Shown here: piece by piece, positions 30,383 to 38,740 of the stretch
Numbering within the stretch: the stretch's first letter is position 1
Layout of the letters: each line of letters starts with the position of its first letter
Assembly: GCA_963725055.1 (NCBI GenBank)
Contig: CAVRXE010000004.1
Coordinates: 7,808-71,807 of the forward strand
Reading direction: 5' to 3'
Source: Candidatus Deferrimicrobiaceae bacterium
Lineage (GTDB): Bacteria; Desulfobacterota; Deferrimicrobia; Deferrimicrobiales; Deferrimicrobiaceae
DNA: 64,000 nucleotides
Position numbers and translations under genes: made by a program
The notes under the pieces: generated by a model
What the model was told of the DNA's origin: nothing
The model's database searches: none
The model's input: the letters and a program-made list of their open reading frames with translations, nothing else

Positions 30383-31573
30383 CTACCCCAGGAGAAGCAC
30401 GTCCACTTTCTCGCCTGCGGCGAAGGAGGTTCTGTCGGCCGGGAGAACCGCGAGGGCATCGGCGAGAACCATCGTCCGGAGGATCCCGGTGTTCTGGTCC
30501 CCGGCGGATGAGGCGAAGTATTCCCCGTCCCGGATCTCGATCCCGACCCGAAGGAAGTTCACCTTCCCCGGTTTTTTTCGCACCTCTCCGGTGAGGGTCG
30601 CCTTGACCAGCGGGCGCACCACCCCTTTTCGGCCCATCATCCGGAGAAGCGCGGGCCGGACGAACGCCTCGAACGTGACCAGCGCGGACACCGGGTTCCC
30701 CGGAAGGGAGAAGACCGGCTTCCCGTCCTTCACCCCGAAGGCGGTCGGGCCGCCCGGCTTGATGTCGACCCTCCAGAAGCGGGACACGACGCCCGTCTGC
30801 GCCAGCACCTCCCGAACCAGGTCCCGGTCGCCCGCCGACACCCCTGCTGTGGTGATCAGGGCGTCCGCCTTCAACCCTTCCGAGATTTTTCCCGCGTGGC
30901 TTTCCGGATCGTCGCGCGCGATGCCGAGAAGCACGGCTTCCGCGCCCGCTTCCCGGACGGCGGCGGCGATCGCCACGCTGTTGCTGTTGATGATCATGCC
31001 GGGGGACGGCGCCTCTCCGAGTTCGATCAGTTCATCGCCGGTGGACAGCACCGCGACCCGGACCTTCCGGTAGACCGGGACGAACGTCTTCCCGAGGGAG
31101 GCCAGCATGCTGATCTCCGGCGGACGGAGAAGCGTCCCTCCCCGAAGGACCACGTCGCCCTCCCTCACGTCCTCCGCGCGGAACCGGATGTGCTGACGGA
31201 CCGTCACTCTTCCCGTCACGATGACGTGGTCGTCTTCGACCGAAGTCTCCTCGAACGGGATCACCGCGTCGCAGCCGACGGGGATCGGAGCACCGGTCAT
31301 GATCTTGACGGCGCATCCGGGAGTGACGGCTGCCGACCCGGTCCCCCCGGCCGGGAGATAACCGGTGATCTTCAGTCGCGCCGCCCCGCGGCAATCGTTC
31401 GCCCGGACGGCGTACCCGTCCATCGCGGAGTTGTCGCTGAACGGGAGGGGCCACGGCGCGGCGACGTCCTCCGCGAGGGTCCTGCCCAGCGACCGGCCGG
31501 TCTCGACCCGCTCGGTGCCCACCGGCGTGACGCTCTCCAGTACGATGCTCCTCGCTTCCTCATAGGTCGGCAT
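30383..31573 (-). CDS. moeA: molybdopterin molybdenum/tungsten-transferase MoeA
   Basis: MPTYEEARSIVLESVTPVG...PWPLPFSDNSAMDGYAVRA...ALITTAGVSAGDRDLV...FGVKDGKPVFSLPGNPVSALVTFE. Confidence 0.9.
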   Translation of the reverse strand: MPTYEEARSIVLESVTPVGTERVETGRSLGRTLAEDVAAPWPLPFSDNSAMDGYAVRANDCRGAARLKITGYLPAGGTGSAAVTPGCAVKIMTGAPIPVGCDAVIPFEETSVEDDHVIVTGRVTVRQHIRFRAEDVREGDVVLRGGTLLRPPEISMLASLGKTFVPVYRKVRVAVLSTGDELIELGEAPSPGMIINSNSVAIAAAVREAGAEAVLLGIARDDPESHAGKISEGLKADALITTAGVSAGDRDLVREVLAQTGVVSRFWRVDIKPGGPTAFGVKDGKPVFSLPGNPVSALVTFEAFVRPALLRMMGRKGVVRPLVKATLTGEVRKKPGKVNFLRVGIEIRDGEYFASSAGDQNTGILRTMVLADALAVLPADRTSFAAGEKVDVLLLG

Positions 31574-31596
31574 CTGCGTCTCAGTTCGGGAACGCG

Positions 31597-32364
31597 TCAG
31601 GCATCGAGGCCCAGGATCACGCTGGACGCCTTGACGAGAGCGCAGATGGGATCGCCGGTGGCCAGGAGGAGGCGGTTCGCGCTTTCCTCGGTGACGATGG
31701 CCGTCACGACGCTTCCCCCCGGAAGATCCACCGTCACCTCGGCGTTCACGGGCCCGTGCACGATCCGGCTTACCGTACCGCGCAACAGGTTCCGCGCGCT
31801 GATCTTCGCGTTGTTAATATCCTTCCCCAGGATCACGGAGCTCGCCTTGAAGAAGGCGTACGCCTCCAACCCGGGCTTCAGCCCCAGGACCCGGGCGCTC
31901 TCGTTCGTGATGACCGAGCAGAGGGTCTCCCCTCCCTTCAAGCCGATGGTGACCTCCGTGCTGACGGCCCCCTTCCGGACCTCTTTCACCTTGCCCAGAA
32001 ACACGTTCCGCGCGCTGATTCGCATGGCGACCCTCCGAAGCAAAGAGTAGAGGCGACCCACGTCCCCGAGGCGCGCCTCGAGGCGCCCGATGAACCTTTG
32101 ATGCTCGCCCTGCAGGACGCGGTACAGCCGGACCGTATCCTTCCCCTCTTCCGTAAGAATTGTACCACCGCCCCCGACGCCCCCGACCGCCCGCCGGACG
32201 AGCGGCTTTTCCGCGGCGTTGTTCATCGCGTCGACGGCGTCCCACGCCGTCTTGTAGCTGATCCCGACCTCGCGGGCCGCCCCGCTGATCGACCCGCACC
32301 GGTCGATCGCCTCCAGCAGACCGATCCGGTCCCCCCCGACGAACGTCCGGTCCGAGCGCAGCAT
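31597..32364 (-). CDS. modE: ModE-family molybdate-responsive regulator (HTH plus two TOBE/Mop domains)
   Basis: MLRSDRTFVGGDRIGLLEAIDRCGSISGAAREVGISYKTAWDAVDAMNN, then two repeats beginning ISARNVFLGKVKEV... and ISARNLLRGTVSRI.... An upstream GTG start is also possible. Confidence 0.85.
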   Translation of the reverse strand: MLRSDRTFVGGDRIGLLEAIDRCGSISGAAREVGISYKTAWDAVDAMNNAAEKPLVRRAVGGVGGGGTILTEEGKDTVRLYRVLQGEHQRFIGRLEARLGDVGRLYSLLRRVAMRISARNVFLGKVKEVRKGAVSTEVTIGLKGGETLCSVITNESARVLGLKPGLEAYAFFKASSVILGKDINNAKISARNLLRGTVSRIVHGPVNAEVTVDLPGGSVVTAIVTEESANRLLLATGDPICALVKASSVILGLDA

Positions 32365-32456
32365 GGAGAGTGTCGCCGCAATCGATACGACCCCACCCCC
32401 CCGGCGCGGCGCCGGACGCCGGGCGTCGGATAGCGAATTTTCCGCCGGGCTTCCCC

Positions 32457-33293
32457 TTAATTTTTCTCCCCCTCCTCGAACTCCATGTTCAGGAACTCCA
32501 TGTCCAGCAGGTTGAGAAACAGGATCCTTCCGTTCAGGCATCTCCCCTGCCCGAGAAGGATCTTGCAGACCTCGGCCACCTGCAGGCTGGCGACCACGGC
32601 CGGCGTGAAGGCCGGGTTCCCGAGCCGGGTCTCCACGCCCCGTTGCTCCCTGCCCGACGGATAGATGTGCCCGGAGATGTCTTCGCCGGGCATCTGGGTG
32701 GCCATCTGTCCGTACCAGCCGGCGATGGCCCCGTGCACCATCGGAATCCCCAGGTCCCGGCAGGCGTGGGCCAGGTCCATCCGGGCGGTCACGGTGTCCA
32801 GGGCGTCGACCACCGCATCGGCTCCCGAAAGCAGATCCCCGCCGTTCTCCCGGGAAAAGGAGGACCTCACCGGGATCACCCGCACCGCGGGGTTGATGAT
32901 CCCGACGCGCTCCGCCGCCGCGTCGACCTTCGGGACCCCCAGGTTCGACGGAGATGCCAGGAGCTGGCGGTTCAGGTTGTGCTCCTCGAACGTGTCGGGG
33001 TCCACCACCACGAGGGTCCCGGTACCGAGCCGGGCGAGCTCTTCGACGAGGTACCCCCCGAGGCCGCCTGCCCCGACGATCACCACCCGGGAGCGGCACA
33101 GCTTGAGCTGGTCGGCGACCGAGAGGGTCTGCCGGTTCCTCTGGTAGCGCGCCGGCATCAGCCCCAGCTCGAGCGCCGCCTCCTCGATCTGTCCGGAGCG
33201 AAGTCGAAACCGCTCCGCCGCGCCCACCTGGGCCGGCCAGGGGAGCAGGTCGCCCTGGGCGTGGGTCAGCAGGTACACGCGAAGGTCTTCCAA
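32457..33293 (-). CDS. ThiF/MoeB/HesA-family E1-like adenylyltransferase
   Basis: RVVIVGAGGLGGYLVEELARLGTGTLVVVDPDTFEEHNLNRQ... It lies directly downstream of a GG-terminated MoaD/ThiS-like gene. Confidence 0.85.
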   Translation of the reverse strand: MEDLRVYLLTHAQGDLLPWPAQVGAAERFRLRSGQIEEAALELGLMPARYQRNRQTLSVADQLKLCRSRVVIVGAGGLGGYLVEELARLGTGTLVVVDPDTFEEHNLNRQLLASPSNLGVPKVDAAAERVGIINPAVRVIPVRSSFSRENGGDLLSGADAVVDALDTVTARMDLAHACRDLGIPMVHGAIAGWYGQMATQMPGEDISGHIYPSGREQRGVETRLGNPAFTPAVVASLQVAEVCKILLGQGRCLNGRILFLNLLDMEFLNMEFEEGEKN

Positions 33294-33294
33294 C

Positions 33295-33519
33295 TTACCC
33301 CCCGCCCACCAGGGGGAAGATGGCGACGGTGTCGCCGTCCGCCAGTTCCCGCTCCCGGTCCGAGTGGCGGCCGTTGACCAGAAGGATTCCGATCTCGCTT
33401 TCGGGCAACCGCGCGTCTTCGACGAGCTTCGACACCGTCGATCCCGGGGGGACGATCCGGACCTCGATGTCGAACCGCCCCTTGCGGAATGTCGCGAACA
33501 GCTTCACCGTGATCCGCAT
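33295..33519 (-). CDS. MoaD/ThiS-family sulfur-carrier protein
   Basis: 74 aa, MRITVKLFATFRK...VNGRHSDRERELADGDTVAIFPLVGGG, ending in Gly-Gly. Its stop is 1 nt before the thiF-like start. Confidence 0.85.
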   Translation of the reverse strand: MRITVKLFATFRKGRFDIEVRIVPPGSTVSKLVEDARLPESEIGILLVNGRHSDRERELADGDTVAIFPLVGGG

Positions 33520-33566
33520 CGCGCCTCCACCGTCGCGTTATGAAGCCGCTTGATTCCCCTCCCTTT

Positions 33567-35303
33567 CTACCAGTTGAACACCTTGTCCAGGTCGTCGTCC
33601 GTCACCTGGAAGGTGACGTTGTGGGGCGGGATCGGCTCCGTGAGGAAGAAACGCGGCAGCCGGTCGTGGTGCTTCGTGAACCCGGCGCGGGTGTTGAAGT
33701 CCCGTTCCATCTTGAGGATGCTCTTCCCGAGCGCCGTAACGTCGTCCCCCGTCGTGGTGATGCCGTGGAAGGCGCCGATCATGTCCAGGAGGGCCTGGAA
33801 CGTTTCGGGCTGGTCCAGCAGGGGGAAGGCGATGAAGAGGCACATCCCGGTGGAATCGACCGCCGCCGTCGCGATCTGGAGGTTCCGGGACATCTCGACC
33901 TGTCCTTCCGGCTTGTGAGGGTCCAGGTCCCCGCCGGATTTGAGGATGTTCGGGCCCACCGAGTACCCCGCCGTGTGGTCGGCGCCCTGGGTGGTCGTCG
34001 CGTACGTCACCCCGATCCCCATGACCGACCGCGGGTCGTACGCCGCCATCGCCTGCCCCTTGACCACGGGAACCCGCTCGACCCCGAAGACCTTCCCCGT
34101 GACCTCGGCGCCGCAGCCGAGGATCCTCCCCAGCGGCGTCCCCTTCCCGATCTCCTCCACGAGCCGGATCGCCCCCGCCCCGTCGCCGAAGGGGAGCAAC
34201 CCCGCCTCCATGGCGACGCCGATGGCCGCGCCCGTATCCATGGTGTCGACGCCGAAGTTGTCGTCGAGGAAGTCGAGCCGGGCGATCACGTCGAGGTCGT
34301 CGATGCCGCAATTCCCGCCGTGCGCCCAGACCGTCTCGTACTCCGGCTGCTTCGTCACGTACTTTCCGTCCTTGTCGACATAGACCCCGGAGCACTGGAT
34401 CACGCAGCCGCGATGGCAGCCGTGGGTGGCGAGTCCTCCCCGCTTCACCTCGAGCTCCGCCTGCGCCTCCCCGCTGATCTTCGCCGCGTTCTCGAATCGC
34501 CCTGTCCGGAAGTTGTTCGTGGGGTAGCCGCCCGCCTCGTTGAGGACGTTGGTCAGGACGTTGGTGCCGTAGGCCGGGAGCCCCTCCCCGGTGATCGGGT
34601 GCTTCCGAAGCCCCTCGACGAACCGGCGGTTCGCATCCTTGAACTTCTCCGGGTCTTTGGGGGGCCGCATCTTCAACCCGGTGTCGTCCAGGATGATCGC
34701 CTTGACCCGCTTCGCCCCCATGACGGCGCCGGTCCCGCCGCGCCCGCAGTGCCGGGTCGGCCGCTTCTCCGGGTCGGTGCAGGCGATGGAGGCGGCCAGC
34801 AGCTTCATCTCCCCCGCGGTGCCGATGGTCATGTACGCCGCGCGGTCGCCGTATTGGCCCTTCAGCTTCTCGATGAGGGGGTAGTTCGGGAGATTCTTCA
34901 GGCTGTTGTCGACCGAGACCTGGACGCCGTCCTTGTTGATGAAGATCTTGTAGAGGTCGTCGCCCTCCGGCTTCCCCTCCAGCACGATCGCGGCGTACCC
35001 CAGCCTCGCCAGCACCTGCGCCGCCTGGCCGCCGGCGTTCGACTCCTTGATCCCTCCCGTGAGGGGGCTCTTGCACCCCACGGAGATCCGTCCGCTCATG
35101 GCCGCCGCCGTGCCGCTGAGGGATCCCGGGGCGATGACGAGCTTGTTCTCCGCGCCGAGCGGATGGCAGAGAGGGTGGACCTCCTTGGAGATGATCGCCG
35201 TGGTCATCGCGCGACCGCCGAGGCCGGCGAACCCGCCGACCGGTTCGGTCCGGAACTTCGGCCCGCCCTTCGCCCCCATGTCGACCCTCAGAATCTTGTC
35301 CAT
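33567..35303 (-). CDS. aor: tungsten-containing aldehyde:ferredoxin oxidoreductase (AOR family)
   Basis: MDKILRVDMGAKGGPKFRTEPV...GGRAMTTAII...SPLTGGIKESNAGG...PEYETVWAHGGNCGIDD...TYATTTQGADHTAGY...DSTGMCLF. The ATG at 35303 was chosen over the track start at 35342. Confidence 0.9.
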   Translation of the reverse strand: MDKILRVDMGAKGGPKFRTEPVGGFAGLGGRAMTTAIISKEVHPLCHPLGAENKLVIAPGSLSGTAAAMSGRISVGCKSPLTGGIKESNAGGQAAQVLARLGYAAIVLEGKPEGDDLYKIFINKDGVQVSVDNSLKNLPNYPLIEKLKGQYGDRAAYMTIGTAGEMKLLAASIACTDPEKRPTRHCGRGGTGAVMGAKRVKAIILDDTGLKMRPPKDPEKFKDANRRFVEGLRKHPITGEGLPAYGTNVLTNVLNEAGGYPTNNFRTGRFENAAKISGEAQAELEVKRGGLATHGCHRGCVIQCSGVYVDKDGKYVTKQPEYETVWAHGGNCGIDDLDVIARLDFLDDNFGVDTMDTGAAIGVAMEAGLLPFGDGAGAIRLVEEIGKGTPLGRILGCGAEVTGKVFGVERVPVVKGQAMAAYDPRSVMGIGVTYATTTQGADHTAGYSVGPNILKSGGDLDPHKPEGQVEMSRNLQIATAAVDSTGMCLFIAFPLLDQPETFQALLDMIGAFHGITTTGDDVTALGKSILKMERDFNTRAGFTKHHDRLPRFFLTEPIPPHNVTFQVTDDDLDKVFNW

Positions 35304-35367
35304 GCGCGCTCTCCTTTTCTGCCGGTTATGAAATCGGAGCATCTGTACGTGGTTGACCGCGGAAAAA

Positions 35368-35385
35368 GCAGCAATACCTGTGCCG
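35368..35385 (-). promoter_or_regulatory. sigma-54 (-24/-12) promoter of the aor operon
   Basis: The minus strand reads CGGCACAGGTATTGCTGC. The GG and GC have exactly the TGGCAC-N5-TTGC spacing, with the first T replaced by C. The -12 GC lies about 68 nt upstream of the aor ATG. Confidence 0.75.
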
Positions 35386-35872
35386 TCACCGGGCGCGGAT
35401 CGGTCCCATTTCGTGCCCCGGGCGCCGCTTCGGTCCCCGAGAGGGGGCGGCCGGTCGCATCCATTGTTTTATTTAATGCAGTGTCTCTGATAATACTCGT
35501 TATTACAAGCAATCGCCGCATCCGTGGAGATCCGCCATCCCCGCCAGGCAGGAACCCGGCGGCCCCGCTCCCGAGCAGGGGATGGGCCGCGAGGGTAAAA
35601 TTCCATGATTTACAACTCTTCACCGGGGCCGGCGCCGTCCCGACCGGATGCGGCGGAGCGCCCTCTCGTCCCATTATTGCACACGGGCGAGACGGTTCCG
35701 GCCGGCTCAGACCCGAATCCGGGAAAACATGAAACCGCGTTCTGTTTTACTTTTATCGTCACCTGTATCGTCCCCTGGAGAACGGTGCGGAATCACGGAG
35801 CCGCCGCAACACACGTTTCTTCCTCCCGAACAGGAAATCTCCGGTACGGATGGTGCATAATGATAAGTTAAT

Positions 35873-36007
35873 ATGATGATCGATACCTACGGCAGGAAGA
35901 TCAACTACCTGCGGCTCTCCGTCACCGACCGGTGCAAGGGCAAACATCGGCTCTGCGAGGAACCGTCCGGACCGTCGCCACTGGACATGTCCAGGGTCGG
36001 TGGTTGA
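35873..36007 (+). pseudogene. remnant of a moaA-like (GTP 3',8-cyclase) N-terminus
   Basis: A 44-codon ORF not in the track: MMIDTYGRKINYLRLSVTDRCKGKHRLCEEPSGPSPLDMSRVGG-stop. The GRxIxYLRLSVTDRC text is the MoaA N-terminus, but the CX3CX2C cluster reads CX3HX2C and the frame stops about 20 codons later. Confidence 0.6.
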
Positions 36008-36013
36008 GCCGCC

Positions 36014-37315
36014 GTGCCTCTTCCACCCGCACAGCGGGAACACCCGTCCAAGCTGTTCGTCGAGGTGACCACCCGCTGCAACATGAGTTGCTCCATGTGC
36101 GTAAAGCAGACCTACGGCGGCGGTTCCCCCGAGGGGGACCTTTCGCTGCCGTTGTTCGAAGCCCTCTCCCCCGCGTTCCGGGGGCTTGAAGCGCTGATCC
36201 TGAACGGCGTCGGTGAGCCGCTTCTCCACCCGCGGCTTGAGGAGATGGTCCGCACGGCCCGGGAGCGGATGCCAAGAGAGGGGTGGGTCGGCTTCCAGTC
36301 CAATGGGCTCCTTCTCACCGACAAGCGTGCCGTATCCCTTGCATCCGCGGGCCTGGACCGGATCTGCTTCTCCATCGACGGCGTGGCGCCGGAAACGTTC
36401 CGCAAGGTCCGAGGGGGGGGCGAGATCGAAGGCGTCGAGCGGGCGCTTGCGGCTACGGCCGCCGCGAAGAACCGGTGCGGGCGCCCGGATCTGCAGGTCG
36501 GAGTGGAGTTCGTGGTCATGCGCGGCAACGCGCGCGAACTCCCCGACGCGCTGCGGTGGTCGGCCGCCCGTGGCGCGACGTTCGCCATCGTTACGCACGT
36601 CCTCCCCTACGACCCGTACCACGGCAAGGAAGCCGTCTTCGAGAGGAACACCGACGAGGCGATCGCGATCTTCCGGGAGTGGGAGAAGAAGGGACGAACG
36701 GAAGGGTCGGACATCCACCGGTACTTCGACATCCTCTGGAAATACTCCAAAACGCCCGAAGAGATCAGGGTCCTCCGGTTCGTCGAGGCCATGAAGGCGG
36801 ACGCGATTGCCCGGGGCGTCTTCCTCGACATGAAGAAGCTCCTGTCGGTCGATAGGGGGCACGTCGATGAAATCGCCGGCATCTTCGCCGAGGCGGCGGA
36901 AGTGGCCAGGACAGAGGGGCTCGACCTCCGCCTTCCGGGCGTCTTCCTGAAGGAGAAGAGAAGCTGCAGCTTCGTCGAGGAGGGAGGGGCGTTCGTCTCG
37001 TGGCAAGGGGCGGTCTCCCCGTGCTACTTCCTCTGGCACCGGTACTCCTGCTTCGCGCACGGGTGGAAGCAGCCGGTGCGACCGAAGGTGTTCGGGAAGC
37101 TGGAGGAGAGGGGGATCCTGGAGATATGGAACGACCGCGAATTCCGGGAGTTCCGCGAAAACGTGATCAGATACGACTACCCGTACTGCTCCAGCTGCAG
37201 CCTCGCCCCGTGCGACTACGTCCAGACCGAGGGGTTCGAGCAGGATTGCCATATACGGAACGTCCAGTGCGGCAGCTGCATGTGGTGCATGGGCGTGTTC
37301 CAATGCATGCGCTAG
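36014..37315 (+). CDS. radical SAM/SPASM protein of the kind found next to AOR genes (tungsten-cofactor oxidoreductase maturase-like)
   Basis: SKLFVEVTTRCNMSCSMC (CX3CX2C), GEPLLHP, and a Cys-rich C-terminus CYFLWHRYSC...YPYCSSCSLAPCDYV...CHIRNVQCGSCMWCMGVFQC. It is divergent from aor. Confidence 0.75.
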   Translation: MPLPPAQREHPSKLFVEVTTRCNMSCSMCVKQTYGGGSPEGDLSLPLFEALSPAFRGLEALILNGVGEPLLHPRLEEMVRTARERMPREGWVGFQSNGLLLTDKRAVSLASAGLDRICFSIDGVAPETFRKVRGGGEIEGVERALAATAAAKNRCGRPDLQVGVEFVVMRGNARELPDALRWSAARGATFAIVTHVLPYDPYHGKEAVFERNTDEAIAIFREWEKKGRTEGSDIHRYFDILWKYSKTPEEIRVLRFVEAMKADAIARGVFLDMKKLLSVDRGHVDEIAGIFAEAAEVARTEGLDLRLPGVFLKEKRSCSFVEEGGAFVSWQGAVSPCYFLWHRYSCFAHGWKQPVRPKVFGKLEERGILEIWNDREFREFRENVIRYDYPYCSSCSLAPCDYVQTEGFEQDCHIRNVQCGSCMWCMGVFQCMR

Positions 37316-37344
37316 GACGGGGGATATCCCCCGACAGACACGGC

Positions 37345-38712
37345 TCAGACGATGCCGTTTTCCATTAACTTCTTCAGCTGTCGCCCGTCCAGCCCGAGGT
37401 GCTTCCGGTAAACGGACGCGTTGTCCGCCCCGATGGGCCGGCACACCCACTTGATCCTCCCCGGGGTCCTGGACATCGACTTGAACGTCGAATTCTGGAC
37501 CAGCACCTCTCCGTAGTTCGGGTCGTCCACCCGGACGAACGTCTTCCGGACGGCCCAATGTTCCCGTTGCAGGACGTCCCCGGAGGTTTCGAGTCTCCCC
37601 GTGACCACCGTCCCCTTCTTGTCGGGCTTTTTGCTGTACGCGGTGATCATCTGCTGGATCTCGTCCGACGTGTAGCGCACCGTGAACTGTTCGATCTCGT
37701 GCTGGATGGTGGGCTGATTCTCCGGGGTAAGCCGCTCGCGGATGGACGGAAACCGTTCCCGAAGATCGGGACGGTTCATGATATCGCACAACGCGGACCA
37801 GTTCGGGTCCGAGAAACCGGAGATGAAGGTGAAGCCGTCCCTGCACTTCACGTACGTATAAGGGAAAACGGCATAGTCGTAATTCCCGGCCCGGGGCATC
37901 TGCCGCCCCGACATGTGGAAATATTGCATGACGTAATTGGAGATCGCCATCAGCCCTTCCGGCGGCGACGCGTCGATGAACTGCCCCACCCCCGTTTTCC
38001 GCCGGTGGAACATCGCCGTCTGGATCCCGAACGCAGCCCAGGCGCCGCCGGCGTACCACCCCATCCAGTTCCCCTGCTTCAACGGCTTCTTGCACGCATC
38101 CGGCACGGCGGGGTCGAGGTCCGGCTCGCCGGTAACCGACATGATGACGCCCCTCGCCTGGTCGACGATGTCGTAGTCCGGCTGGTTGGAACACGCTTCC
38201 GAATCGGCCCCGAACTGACCGTACGTGTGGATGGCGGTGAAGATCAGCCCGGGGTTGCTTTCACGAAGGTCGCCGTACCCCAGCCCGAGAGCCTCCAGGT
38301 ACCCCGGCTTGAAGGTGTGGATCAGCACGTCGGCTTTCCTCGCAAGGCCCAGAAAAAGCTTCTTCCCCTCCTCTTTGGCGATATCGAGGGTAACGTGGTG
38401 TTTGTTCCGTCCTTCCACGATGTATCCCAGTCCCGCGTCCCCGATCATGATCCCGTAGGGGGTCATCTTCCTGGCAAGGTCTCCCCCGGGCGGTTCGACC
38501 CGGATCACCTCCGCTCCCATTTCGGCGAGCAGCGAAGAGGCGAGGAGCCCGGCGAAGCTCCCGTAGCTCAGGTCCAGGACGAGCGTGTCGTCGAGGGCTT
38601 CCGGTTTTCGGGAGGCCTCCCCGGGGTCCGTTTCCCGATGCGCCCACTTCGCGTATTCCCGGTTCGCCGACAGGCCGACGATGTTCGAATCGTCCATTTT
38701 CCCACCCTCCAT
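37345..38712 (-). CDS. family III (CaiB/BaiF) CoA-transferase, subunit/paralogue 2
   Basis: 455 aa: [35 protein letters not shown]...[23 protein letters not shown]...[14 protein letters not shown]. Confidence 0.85.
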   Translation of the reverse strand: MEGGKMDDSNIVGLSANREYAKWAHRETDPGEASRKPEALDDTLVLDLSYGSFAGLLASSLLAEMGAEVIRVEPPGGDLARKMTPYGIMIGDAGLGYIVEGRNKHHVTLDIAKEEGKKLFLGLARKADVLIHTFKPGYLEALGLGYGDLRESNPGLIFTAIHTYGQFGADSEACSNQPDYDIVDQARGVIMSVTGEPDLDPAVPDACKKPLKQGNWMGWYAGGAWAAFGIQTAMFHRRKTGVGQFIDASPPEGLMAISNYVMQYFHMSGRQMPRAGNYDYAVFPYTYVKCRDGFTFISGFSDPNWSALCDIMNRPDLRERFPSIRERLTPENQPTIQHEIEQFTVRYTSDEIQQMITAYSKKPDKKGTVVTGRLETSGDVLQREHWAVRKTFVRVDDPNYGEVLVQNSTFKSMSRTPGRIKWVCRPIGADNASVYRKHLGLDGRQLKKLMENGIV

Positions 38713-38740
38713 CCGTCGTCTCCGGAATCTTCCGGCCGGG

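Noticed and set aside
35288-35674. 128-aa minus-strand ORF covering the aor upstream region.
   Set aside because: It starts upstream of and runs through the sigma-54 promoter and the aor start, and it has a junk-like composition. The region is better explained as promoter/UAS DNA and the plus-strand leader.
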